Source of the DNA: Haliotis rubra
Lineage: Eukaryota
Direction: 5' to 3'
NCBI RefSeq assembly: GCF_003918875.1
Contig: NW_025765476.1
Span: 1-64,000, forward strand
Length of the DNA: 64,000 bases
Under the pieces are notes generated by a model. The model saw only the letters and a list, made by a program, of their open reading frames with translations. It did not search any database and had not been told where the DNA came from. This document shows positions 50,335 to 62,526 of the stretch, piece after piece; positions within the stretch are counted from its first letter, which is position 1, and each line of letters opens with the position of its first letter. Made by a program: the position numbers and the translations under genes.

Positions 50335-50943
50335 TATATAATTTCGATAGAAACAAATAATTCCTTTCAATTTGAAAAGGAGCACGCACTTGTCAGATGT
50401 AAGATTCATGGTGGTATGTAGGAAGGGGAGCCTAAAAATATTACGGTCAGAGGTGGTTGTGGTGGGGGTACGTAAAATAACCTGAAACGTTTTTTTGGGC
50501 TCAGGCCGGGATACTTGGCAGAAGACGTACAGGTATACAATTAAGTACTTACGAGTTCATAGGATGGCGGGATGGTTTACATGGAAGATTGTACGGTTTT
50601 CAGGACGGGATTACAGAATGAATAAGAAACACTTATATTTTTATTGTTAAACAATTGTTTAAATTTTAACACATTGTTTTTTTCTTCAAGATAATGCTTT
50701 TGGATATATGTATTCTTATGACGTTTGAAGAAAGGGCAGAGTAAAATATAATGAAATTCATCTCCAACATCACACGTATCGCAGAGGTTAAGTATTGTTT
50801 CTTGTTAGGGAATATTGTTCACCTACCTATTTCTATAGGTAAACGATGCCACGATATTCTGAACAATAAGACTTTAAGAGCCAAGGAGAAAGGGATATAT
50901 GTGAAATAGTTTTCAAAGACAAGTTGAGATTTGAATATGCGTC

Positions 50944-53126
50944 CGTTGTTGTTATCAGACATACTGTCATTGCCAGCTTCCGTTGTAGTTATCAGACATA
51001 CTGTCATTGCCAGCCTCGGTTGTAGCTGTCAGACATACTGTCATTGCCAGCTTCCGTTAAAGTTATTAGACATACTGTCATTGCCAGCTTCCGTTGTAGT
51101 TATCAGACATATTGTCATTGCCAGATTCCGTTGTAGTTATCAGACATACTGTCATTGCCAGCTTCCGTTGTAGTTATCAGACATACTGTCATTGCCAGAT
51201 TCCGTTGAAGTTATCAGACATACTGTCATTGCCAGCCTTGTAGTTATCAGACATACTGTCATTGTCAGATTCTGTTGTAGTTATCAGACATACTGTCATT
51301 TGCCAGCCTCGGTTGTAGTTATCAGACATACTATCATTGTGAGCTTCCGTTGTAGTTATCAGACATACTGTCATTGCCAGCCTCGGTTGTAGTTATCAGA
51401 CATACTGTCATTGCCAGATTCCGTTGTAGTTATCAGACATACTGTCATTGCCAGCTTCCGTTGAAGTTATCAGACATACTGTCATTGCCAGATTCCGTTG
51501 TAGTTATCATACATACTGTCATTGCCAGCCTCTGTTGTAGTTATCAGACATACTATCATTGCCAGCTTCCGTTGTAGTTATCAGACATACCGTCATTGCC
51601 AGCCTCGGTTGTAGTTATCAGACATACTATCATTGCCAGATTCCGTTGTAGTTATCTGACATACTGTCATTGCCAGCTTCCGTTGAAGTTATCAGACATA
51701 CTGTCATTGCCAGATTCCGTTGTAGTTATCATACATACTGTCATTGCCAGCCTCTGTTGTAGTTATCAGACATACTATCATTGCCAGCTTCCGTTGTAGT
51801 TATCAGACATACCGTCATTGCCAGCCTCGGTTGTAGTTATCAGACATACTATCATTGCCAGCTTCCGATGTAGTTATCAGACATTCTGTTATTTTCAGCC
51901 TCGGTTGTAGTTATCAGACATACTGTCATTGCCAGCCTCAGTTGTAGTTATCAGACATACTGTCATTGCCAGATTCCGTTGTAGTTATCAGACATACTGT
52001 CATTGCCAGCTTCCGTTGTAGTTATCAGACATACTGTCATTGCCAGCCTCGGTTGTAGTTATCAGACATACTGTCATTGTCAGATTCTGTTGTAGTTATC
52101 AGACATACTGTCATTGCCAGCCTCGGTTGTAGTTATCAGACATACTATCATTGTGAGCTTCCGTTGTAGTTATCAGACATACTGTCATTGCCAGATTCCG
52201 TTGTAGTTATCAGACATACTGTCATTGCCAGATTCCGTTGTAGTTATCAGACATACTGTCATCGCCAGCTTCCGTTGAAGTTATCAGACATACTGTCATT
52301 GCCAGATTCCGTTGTAGTTATCATACATACTGTCATTGCCAGCCTCTGTTGTAGTTATCAGACATACTATCATTGCCAGCTTCCGTTGTAGTTATCAGAC
52401 ATACCGTCATTGCCAGCCTCGGTTGTAGTTATCAGACATACTATCATTGCCAGCTTCCGTTGTAGTTATCAGACATTCTGTTATTTTCAGCCTCGGTTGT
52501 AGTTATCAGACATACTGTCATTGCCAGCCTCGGTTGTAGTTGTCAGACATACTGTCATTGCCAGATTCCGTTGTAGTTGTCAGACATACTGTCATTGCCA
52601 GCTTCCGTTGTAGTTATCAGACATACTGTCATTGCCAGCCTCGGTTGTAGTTATCAGACATACTGTCATTGTCAGATTCTGTTGTAGTTATCAGACATAT
52701 TGTCATTGCCAGCCTCGGTTGTAGTTATCAGACATACTATCATTGTGAGCTTCCGTTGTAGTTATCAGACATACTGTCATTGCCAGCCTCGGTTGTAGTT
52801 ATCAGACATACTGTCATTGCCAGCTTCCGTTGTAGTTATCAGACATACTATCATTGCCAGATTCCGTTGTAGTTATCTGACATATTATCATTGCCAGCTT
52901 CCGTTGTAGTTATCAGACATACTGTCATTGCCAGCTTCCGTTGTAGTTATCAGACATACTGTCATTGCCAGCTTCCGTTGTAGTTATCAGACATACTGTC
53001 ATTGCCTGTTTCCGTTGTAGTTATCAGACATACTGTTATTGCCAGCTTCGGTTGTAGTTGTCAGACATACTGTCATTACCAGCTTCCGTTGTAGTTATTA
53101 GACATACTGTCATTGCCAGCTTCCGT
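50944..53126. repeat. 37-bp minisatellite, about 59 copies
   Basis: gttgtagttatcagacatactgtcattgccagcttcc in head-to-tail units with variant 3' ends (cttcc/cctcg/attcc). Confidence 0.95.
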
Positions 53127-53220
53127 TTCATCTGTGATAGCCTAGAGGCTAGAGCGTTCTCGTCACGCCGAAGACCCGGGTTGGACTCGCCACATGGGTA
53201 CAATGTGTGAAGCCCATTTC

Positions 53221-56200
53221 TATGGTGGCTGATTAGGGCCATCGCTTTTTCGCCTTAAAATTCGGAGGCGAGAAAGCGAGAAAGCGATATCACGAGACGA
53301 GAAAGCGATATCAGGAGACGAGAAAGCGATAACACGAGACGAGAAAGCGATAGCACGAGACGAGAAAGCGATAACGCGAGACGAGAAAGCGATAACGCGA
53401 GACGAGAAAGCGATAACACGAGACGAGAAAGCGATAGCACGAGACGAGAAAGCGATACCATTACGCGAGAAAGCGATAGAGCGAGAAAGCGATAAAGCGA
53501 AAGCGATAAAGCGAGAAAGCGATAGAGCGAGAAAGCGATATACCAAGGCGAGAAAGCGATAGAGCGAGAAAGCGATAGAGCGAGAAAGCGATATACCAAG
53601 GCGAGAAAGCGAGAAAGCAAGGAGAGAGCGAGAAAGCGAGAAAGCGAGAAAGCGATAAAGCGAGAAAGCGATAAAGCGAGAAAGCGATAGAGCGAGAAAG
53701 CGATAGAGCGAGAAAGTGATAGAGCGAGAAAGCGAGAAAGCGATAGAGCGAGAAAGCGATATTTCACATAATTCTGCCCTGTCTGCACATGACGTCTAAC
53801 CTGCGTATGATTTCATCCAACAGGAGGCTTTAATTTCATTCGGTTTAGTCGTATAGAAACAACATGAACATGCTTTCAAATTCTGTGGCACTTTTCTAAT
53901 TAATCCTTTAACTTGTCCAAACAATAATCCAACAATAACTCCAGAAACCGAGTGTGTTTTCGCTGAAATAAATGAGTGCTCTTAAAAAGTCTGTAAAAAG
54001 GATAACAATCATTTAATTTATTGTTACATCACTAATTAGGTCTGGATTAATTCCTGGCTTACATTTCTTTATTGTCATTTCCCTTGTTAAATGCCACCAT
54101 TGTTATCTCATTATTCATGCCGGGATTAACAATCCATGGCTTCAATTTGTCCATCCACCCTACCAATTTAGCGCTAATTAAGTACTGGCTTCCCTTGTTA
54201 TCTTATCACTGTTGTTTCAAATGTACGTCTTTAGCTTTCTGTTTCCTAGTTTCTAGTCTCTTCATTCACCTGATGAAGGATAAGAATATACTCCGTAACA
54301 TCGTGTTCCAGTGCGGCGTTAAACAACAAACCAACCAAATGAACTCCCCGTCGGGCTTTATTGTATCAGTGATGGAATTTTTATACACCCTGTGCCTTTC
54401 ATCTGGTCTTTTTATGTGTGCCTATTTCACACATACATATTTCTACTTTTATGTGAAAAAGGTATTGTTCTAAATGTATGTGCCATCGTCTTCCATACTT
54501 CTACAAGAATGGCTTGTCTACATACTTATATGTCTGTCTGTCCCCATATCCCAGCTATCTACTTGAGACAGTGCCACAAGTCATCGACCGACGTGATAGG
54601 TGTTTAACAAAAACGTAATATAATTATTACTTGGGGAATAAAGCACTATATCATAAAACACCTGTATATTGAAAATAATTTAGTTTAGATGGGGAGTTGA
54701 GAAGTTGGACGTAAGAGGGTTGGGAACTTGATTGCGTATAAGTTCAACTAAGTAAGTAATGTAAAGTATATTGTGACTTATTGGTTGTGAAACGTGCGGT
54801 GTGTGGCCTTGACATTGTGAGTTAGTCTGGATAATCGAGTTTACACTGTAATGTGTGGCTGGATAGGGATGTTTTAAAGGGTTTATTCTGAATTTAAGGG
54901 TGCTTTTTTTTTTTGTTTGGTGTTTTGATATTTTGTTTTCAGACCCAGTATAGTAGTTATTGAGTAATTTGGTTTCTTCTAGTAACTACTAGCTAGTAGG
55001 TACTAGTCTTTTCACCTATGGCTTTTTTTTTATATATTGTAAGGAGTTTAGTTGGGGATAGAGAAGGACGGGAGCGACTCACTCCAGTGTGTACATGATA
55101 AATGTTTTGTAGATGTGTAGGAGGGTTTATTTGGCTGCAGTGACCTCAATGCTCACAATATGAAACATACATTTTAGAAAGTCCGATATGCTCATGTGGA
55201 CTAGTAAAAATGAGGATAGTTTTCACTTTTTCTTGTCCAATATATACTGTAACTCGAAATAACATGTACTGTTACCAAAATGGATATACATTAGACTCAG
55301 TACTATTCGGAAATGCCCATGCAACTGCACCTGTAAATATGCAGATTCTTGATATATGGTAAAATCAGGCAGATTTGACGCCCTTTTCTCATTTGTCTGC
55401 ATCCCAGTGAATGTCACCTATTGCTCTCATTCGGTTTGAATCGTTTTGACATGAGTTGACCAAGTTATAAACAAGATGATACAGGTAGATAGTTCCATAT
55501 ATTGAACGAGTTTCAAGTCCTCCTCTGGAAACTAATCACTTTTTCAAAACCTATGCGACCACGTCTAGCTGTAGCCTTTGCTTTACTTTTATTTATTTAT
55601 TTAATAGACCACCAATGGTGGTATAAGAGTACATATCACACACATCAATTACTACATACAGTCAAAGTGGCGGTGGAGGGTAACAATATATTGTAGAAAA
55701 CCAGTTGTTGGTATAACATGTCTATTATCAAACTTTTGTCACAAGAAAACATGGTGGAAAAGATGGGTTTTGATAGATATTTTGATGGCAGAACAGGTTT
55801 GAAATTGGCGGACCAAAATGTCGCTTACATTATAATAAAGGAGTTGTATATCCATATAACTTTCCCCGTTGTTCAGCACACCAACTTCTAAATGCCATCC
55901 AAAGAAGTTCACTATATATGGCTAGACCAGCGTTTAACTGCGTACTATTTTCAGCTTTGATTAGACGAACGTTTGACTGCATCCTTTTATTTGCTTAGAT
56001 TACACCATTGACTGTGGAATGGTTCAATTACTACATTGAGGTACCAAGGTGCTTTACTGTCACGTGCGTCTCCTCTATCTTTGGGTAGGAGCGAATTGGG
56101 TTCATGTAGGTGAAGTTCTTCAGTTAATAAATTTCATCGTCTTTATTAATTCAAAGAAACTACAGCTGTATTTGGATCACCCTGAAATACAATAAAGTGA

Positions 56201-57823
56201 CATGAACATAAACGGTTAAGTTCCCATGCCTCATTTCTAATTCCTTCACCTATAACCAAACAGCGAGAATTGATAATTATTTTTGAATTGTCTACATACG
56301 GCTCATTTATAGTGTCACATACTTCAAAACTCTCTGAATGTGATGTATATGTAATAAACTGAGCTGCAAAAGAAACGCAAGCTCCAATTTGTTTGAAATG
56401 TAAGTGTAACTCACCATTCCATTAAGTTGGAATTGAACTGATGGCGTACAATATGGCGTCACAAAACCATCAACAATGAACCTAAAACATGAATATTGCT
56501 CTTAGGCGACATATATTTAAATTCACACACTCACTCAGTGATTTTATTTTAGGATGATGGTTTGGATGTGGTTGATTGTCTTAGTGCTGGCCACTCATGG
56601 TGGAAATCACCATGAAAATATACTCGTCACAATGCCTTATTTGTCATAGGTCCCTCCCGTTCATCTGGCACTGCCGACACATTTGTCACACAACATCATA
56701 ATTCAAAGAAAACCATAGAAAAGAACCAGTCAGACTAGAAAATTCGGAAACTTTTGGAAGCAGTACACATCAAGAAGATACGATCCGCTCTCAACAGAGA
56801 TGAAGGATAGTACATTCCCAATGCCTACCATCACTTGATAAAGTAATCAATAATATTTCTTGTGTACATTATCTGTTTCAATTCAACTATGTACATCAAA
56901 CCCATCTTTTGTATATACATCCACCTGGCCTCCTATAAATTCTAATTCAGTCCTTGTATATCACCCTTCTGGCTTCCAATCAACTTACTCAATCTCTTCT
57001 ACAAGCGTTGTACATCAACCTCATTTATTGTATAAACAAGTCATTCCCTATCTACTGTAACAACAACTCCTGTATATATTCTCTCAATTTGTTACTCATG
57101 TATCACTTGCTTGACAACGACATTAGAACTTATGTCGAAACATCGCCTCCACAAAATAAAAGAAGTTGTATATCCAATATAAGTGTCATTATATTTCATC
57201 AACTCAACTTTAAAATGCCCATCAAAGAAACAATTCAATTGGTTGGTGTGATTAAGTTGGTTAAGACAATTCGAATCCAGTCATGTCCTAAAATAAGTAA
57301 TTCCTTAAGTCACATCACAAAATGAACGTTTCCGTTATTTCACGATATGACTATTGCATACGTGCAAATTGCATGTCAAAGGAAAGTCTACATCCCTATT
57401 ATATATTCTCTAAACATCAAGTCATACACCGCCATTCGTGGGCAAGAACATTACTGAAAACCATTTAATAATATCCAGAAATTACGATGGCGACTGAGCT
57501 CCCGTTTGTAGTCGATGGTGCGCAGACAGCACCGAATTGTGGGTAATATCGCTTTCTCGCTTTCTCGCTCTATCGCTTTCTCGCTTTCTCGCGCTATCGC
57601 TTTCTCGCGCAATGATATCGCTTTCTCGTCTCGTGCTATCGCTTTCTCGTCTCGTGCTATCGCTTTCTCGTCTCGTGCTATCGCTTTCTCGTCTCGCGTT
57701 ATCGCTTTCTCGTCTCGCGTTCTCGTCTCGTGTTATCGCTTTCTCGTCTCGTGATATCGCTTTCTCGCTTTCTCGCCTCCGAATTTTAAGGCGAGAAAGC
57801 GATGGCCCTAATCAGCCACCATA
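53221..57823. mobile_element. 4.6-kb non-autonomous IS3EU-like DNA transposon inserted into a SINE
   Basis: Termini TATGGTGGCTGATTAGGGCCATCGC / GCGATGGCCCTAATCAGCCACCATA. 6-bp TSD catttc at 53215-20 and 57824-29. Long subterminal GAGAAAGCGATA arrays. SINE family-1 halves lie at 53137-53220 and 57824-57870. Confidence 0.88.
56640..57230 (+). mobile_element. Penelope-like element remnant (GIY-YIG C-terminus plus hammerhead motif)
   Basis: RKLLEAVHIKKIRSALNRDEG*YIPNAYHHLI at ~56745-56840; hammerhead variant GC-TTGACAA-C-GACAT..ATGTC-GAAAC-ATC-GC at 57109-57146. Confidence 0.7.
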
Positions 57824-57869
57824 CATTTCTGGTGTCCCCCCGCCGTGATATTGCTAGGATATTGCTTGA

Positions 57870-58125
57870 AGCTCCACTCCACTCACTCACTCACACTCAC
57901 TCACTCACTCCACCTCCACTCACTCCTCACTCACTCACTCACTCACTCCTCACTCACTCACTCACTCACTCCACTCACTCACTCCGCCACTCACTCCTCA
58001 CTCCTCACTCACCTCCTCACTCACTCACACACCACTCACTCACACACCACTCACTCACACCACACACACCACTCACTCACTCACACACACACACACACAC
58101 TCACTCACACACTCACTCACACACT

Positions 58126-58153
<28 letters not shown>
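57870..58153. repeat. (CACT)n/(CA)n microsatellite expanded from a SINE tail
   Basis: Seen directly after the 3' half of the SINE. Confidence 0.9.
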
Positions 58154-58158
<5 letters not shown>

Positions 58159-58343
58159 AGTTGTAAGTTGTGCGTAATACAAGTGCCCGTGAATCTGACT
58201 TGATTTAAATGAATATTATGCATTTAATCCAAACGTGTCTTCATGCTCAATCACTTTACGTGTTTAAAGCTTAAACATGTCTATATTAAAAGTATGTTGC
58301 GTTCAGGCTGTGTTTCGGCTGTGAGACGCAAGCTCATTTCATG

Positions 58344-58470
58344 GAAGTCGCGATGGCTGAGCGGGTTAGGCGGCTGACTTTGTGTGCTGGCGATTAGGTG
58401 CCTGAGTCTGAGGGTGTGGGTTCGAATCTCGGATGGGACTCAGCCAAACAATAGTACTAGAATCTGTACT
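58344..58470 (+). mobile_element. SINE family 3 (tRNA-like head)
   Basis: Homologous to 14153-14280. Confidence 0.7.
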
Positions 58471-60371
58471 TGGACCTTAAACATATGCAGATACACAGTC
58501 ACCATGTTTCGTTAAAACATTCAAACACCTTCTTGAGCATATCTGGATCAACCATTGTTTTAATCGTTTACTTTAAACACATATTGTGCAGTGTTATCAG
58601 GCTGATAGTGTAATGCAATGTAAACCCGTCTCTCGCTACGTAGTGAATGCCATCAATCATCTGCCACCATCGACTGAATCTAACATTTATACATTTTATA
58701 CACTTAACTAGTCTGAACATTTGCGTCAACTGTTTTAACTAATGTAGTATGTAAGTGAAGAAAGGAACAGAAAATGTTTCCTTGATGTAGACCATGTTTG
58801 ATGACTTGTAACGTTAAACTTTATATGACTGGAGGGGAAACATTCACGATTGAAACACATGGCATCAAAGTGAGGACACATTTCATGTGGGATTGATAGC
58901 ATCCATGGAGCCCTAGGCATAAATAATTCCACCTATTAGACACCGGATGTTCCATCCAATGAAAGTGAGTGACTATCACTTCATAGAGAGAATATGGGGA
59001 AATTTTAGGATTTTGCACATTGTCTTGTAGAGAACTGAAAAGCATCCATGAGAGCATTTATTTGTACAGTTATTACCATGATGATGGCGTAGATAATGAT
59101 TCCTTGTTATATAAAGAACTAGGCCTGGTAATTCACCGATTAGACACCAGGTGTTGAAACCAAAGTGAGTGTTAGTCATTTTATATGCCACGATATAAAG
59201 ACAGGCGTAGCTATTTGGAGCTGGGGACGACCACAAAGAAGATAAGCTGGCAGACATGGCTCCAATTCATGGCCTGTTCCCGTTCCATGAACCTATGTTA
59301 TTGGACTTTGTATCGTCATACAGATGAGTGTAAAGCTAGGGATGGCTAAAATGGTCGATAATCGGAAATATCGTCGATGGGAATCATTATCAATAATTAT
59401 CTATATGAAGAATTGTGAAATAGTTGAAATTTTTACTCAGAAAATACACAGAGTTAGGTCTTTATTCACGTACTGCTCCTAAGGAATGTTCAGGATGTCG
59501 TTTTGCTGGTAATCCAAGCCAACACCGCTCATCGCTGATGTGAAATATGTTGATTGCTTTCATACGTTTTAGTTATTTTTGCTCAAAGTTACCTCTCCGA
59601 TATATATCAATATCCATTTAACGAAAATCGATCTGTTGATCCATATCGATTGATAGCCCTATTGATAGGTGCCCCGTAACAGGATGTTCACCCAGACAGA
59701 TCACTCCGAGGTGTATCCCATCTTACACCGTAAGTCGTACATGACCGTTTGACAACCGCTGCTTAACGACAGTTCATCAGTTGCTTCAGGCATAAGTTGC
59801 TTAGAGCAATATATACGCTGAAGGCGTTGTAAGGCTCCATGCAGTCGAAGCATTATTGTCCAGCTGGTGTTGTTGTGTATAATATAGACAAAGAACAAAT
59901 TTATCCCACAACATTTATTCTTACGATTGGGTAAAAGTAAGACACAAATCACAACACAATAGAAAGGCAAGGTCCAACGTGAAAAGTAAACTCTTACAAA
60001 GAATTTGGATACAAAAAAATTGGATTCTGAAATGTTTTGCTTGTTTATTACCACCTTGTTGGAACATAATTGTTGCTTTATAGGCATTTCTCTGAACTGC
60101 AATCAATGTCTACAACTGAACTAGGTTTTGAATGACACTTATTCGTACCAGCATAAAATGGTATTCTTGTGAAAACGGTATTTTTCTGATCAGATTAGCA
60201 GGAAGTACTTTTCAATTTCCAAAACAAAAACAGAAAATACTTGAGAAACACACAGTTCACAGACACATCAAACGAAAGGTAAAAAACCATTCACACTTCC
60301 TCATTCATATCAAGCGCACATGGTTTGTGCAGTACGGTTGGTGTTGAAAACGGTCGATCACATATCACCGT

Positions 60372-62526
60372 TTACCCGTAGTAAGGGTACTGGTTGTAAC
60401 CTCCATAACTTTGACCAGAGCCAAAGCCTCTACCAAGGCCGGCAACTCGGTTACCGAATCCACCAACGCCATTTCCAAGGCCGACAACTCCTCTGCCGAA
60501 ACCACTACCGTATCCACTGACGCCGTGACCAAGGCCGACAACACCATGTCCAGTTCCTCCAAGTCCGTGTCCGACGCCATAACCGTAGCTTGGGGTGTTG
60601 TGGGCGGCACCGGCGTGGTTGGCAGCAGCACCGTGGGCGACGTTGAAAGCGTGACCGTTGTTACCGTACTGGTTGTGGGCGTAGTCGTTGAGGCTCTTGG
60701 CGTTGGCAGCAGCGGCGTTGTTGTGGTTGTCATAATGAGACTTGCCAGCAGCGTTGGCAGCACCAGCAGAGGCAGCGGCGTTTTTGTTGTAGTAGTTGGA
60801 TTTCTTTGCGGCGTTTCCGTTGGCAGCATCAGCAGCATCGTAGTAGTTGGAGGCTTTGTTGGCGTGGTTGGCAGCATATTTGTCGTTGTTATGGGCGGCG
60901 GCATTGGCAGCGTTCTGGTACAGGTTCTGAGAGTACTTCTTTGCGTTGGCATGAGCGGCATTGGCGTTCTGTCCAAAGTTGTCCCTGTAGTCCTTCTTGT
61001 CGTAGTTGAGACGCTCGTAGTTGTTGCCGCCGGCTTTAGAATGATGGTGGAACTTCTTGACCAGATGGTGTTTCTTGGCCCCCTCGTTGTACTTACGTCT
61101 GTAGTCGTCCTTGGCGTAGGCAGATTTGGCATTGTCGTGAGCGGCGGCTTTGTTGTCATAGAGACTGGCAGCGTCGGCACCGGCGTGACTGAAGCCATGG
61201 TTGTCGGCAGCGGCACCGTCCTTATTGTATCTGTAGGCCTTGTTGTTAGCAGCTGCAGCTCCAGACTTGTAGTAGTCGTTGGCGTGAGCGTTGTTGTAAC
61301 CGTCTCTGTGATAGGCGGCACCAGCCTTGCTTCGGCTGGAGTCACCCAGCTTAGATCCGTATCCTCCGGTTTTGGCGACGGCGGCATTGGCAGCACCATC
61401 ATAGTGGTCAGCGTGTTGACCGTGTGCGCCGGCATCGTAGTACTTATTGTTGTGTGCATCATGTCCGAGGTAGCCATTGTTGTATCCGTGGCCGTACTGG
61501 TTACCGTAGCCCTTGCCATATCCTACTCCTTTGCCGAGAAGACCTCCAGATACACCTCGGACACCAGCACCACCAGCGACGCCATGGGCACCATGGGCGA
61601 GACCTCCATATCCGGCGATGTTGTTGGCAGCCTGTGCAGCAGCATTAGCAGCGTTCTTTCTGTTGTAGTAGGCGTTCTTGCCGGCGAACTCGTCATGTTT
61701 GTTGACGGCAGCATCGTGGGCGTTGGCGTAGTATTTGTTGCTTCCGGCAGCTTCGTTAAGTTTGCCATCGTAACCGTGGTTGGCAGCACCGTTCTTGGCA
61801 GCCTGACTTGCCGCAGAGCCGTATTTACCATTACCGTATTGAGCCTTGCTGGCGTCCTTACCGTACTTGCTGTCTTTCAGAGCATGAGAGCGATCAGCAG
61901 CATATTTGTTGGCGGCGTGGTCGCGGTTGGCAGCGCTGTAGGCCGCATTCTTATCACGGTATTCGTCGAGGTTATGGGAAGAGCTGTCATCAAGAATTTC
62001 GTAGTCACCGCCCTCATCGGCGTTCTTGTTATACTTCTTGTCGAAGCCGTAGTGGACTCCGGTGTTGTAGACGTTCCCCTTTCTGTAGTAGTTGTTGTTG
62101 GCGTAGTCGTTGTTGGCAGCAGCTTTGGAGGCATCGTCCTTCCTTGCGTACTTTGTGGCAGCAGCATCGTGGTAGTTGGCTTTGTTGGCCAGAGCAGCAG
62201 CACCGGAGGCTTTGTCAGCGTGAGCGGCGTTCTTGTGGCCGTAGTAGTTGGAGGCGGCGTCTCCCTTTGCGCTGGCATGGTCAGCAGCCTTGTGGTAGTT
62301 GTTACCGTGGGCGGCGTAGTTGTCGGCGGCTTTGCTGGCGGCATTGGCCGCTTTGTTGTAGCTTCCGTAACGACGAAGACCCTCGGCGCCTCCATATTGT
62401 CCCTTGCCGTAGTCGTTGAGACCCGAGGCAACGTGGCCAAGCTTGTCTGGCAACGCCAAAGTTGTTGTTGTAGGACATGCTGGATACGACAACGCCGCAC
62501 AGAGCGACGACGGCGACGAGGAGACA
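60372..62526 (-). CDS. Gene F exon 2: paralogue with a 1-bp insertion at 62443-62444 (sequencing error or young pseudogene); exon 1 lies beyond the window
   Basis: Acceptor at 62528-62527. agacAAgcttggc versus agacAgcttggc in gene C shifts the frame to a stop at 62302. The remaining ~690 codons are intact. The intron is homologous to the gene E intron up to the window end; polyA signal at 59914-59919. Confidence 0.85.

Noticed and set aside
50944-53126. 37-bp repeat array resembling a CRISPR array
   Set aside because: Head-to-tail units with no unique spacers, no cas genes, eukaryotic context: a minisatellite.
55130-55165. SDLNAHN, resembling a LINE endonuclease GDxNAH motif
   Set aside because: Too short, with no surrounding recognisable homology.
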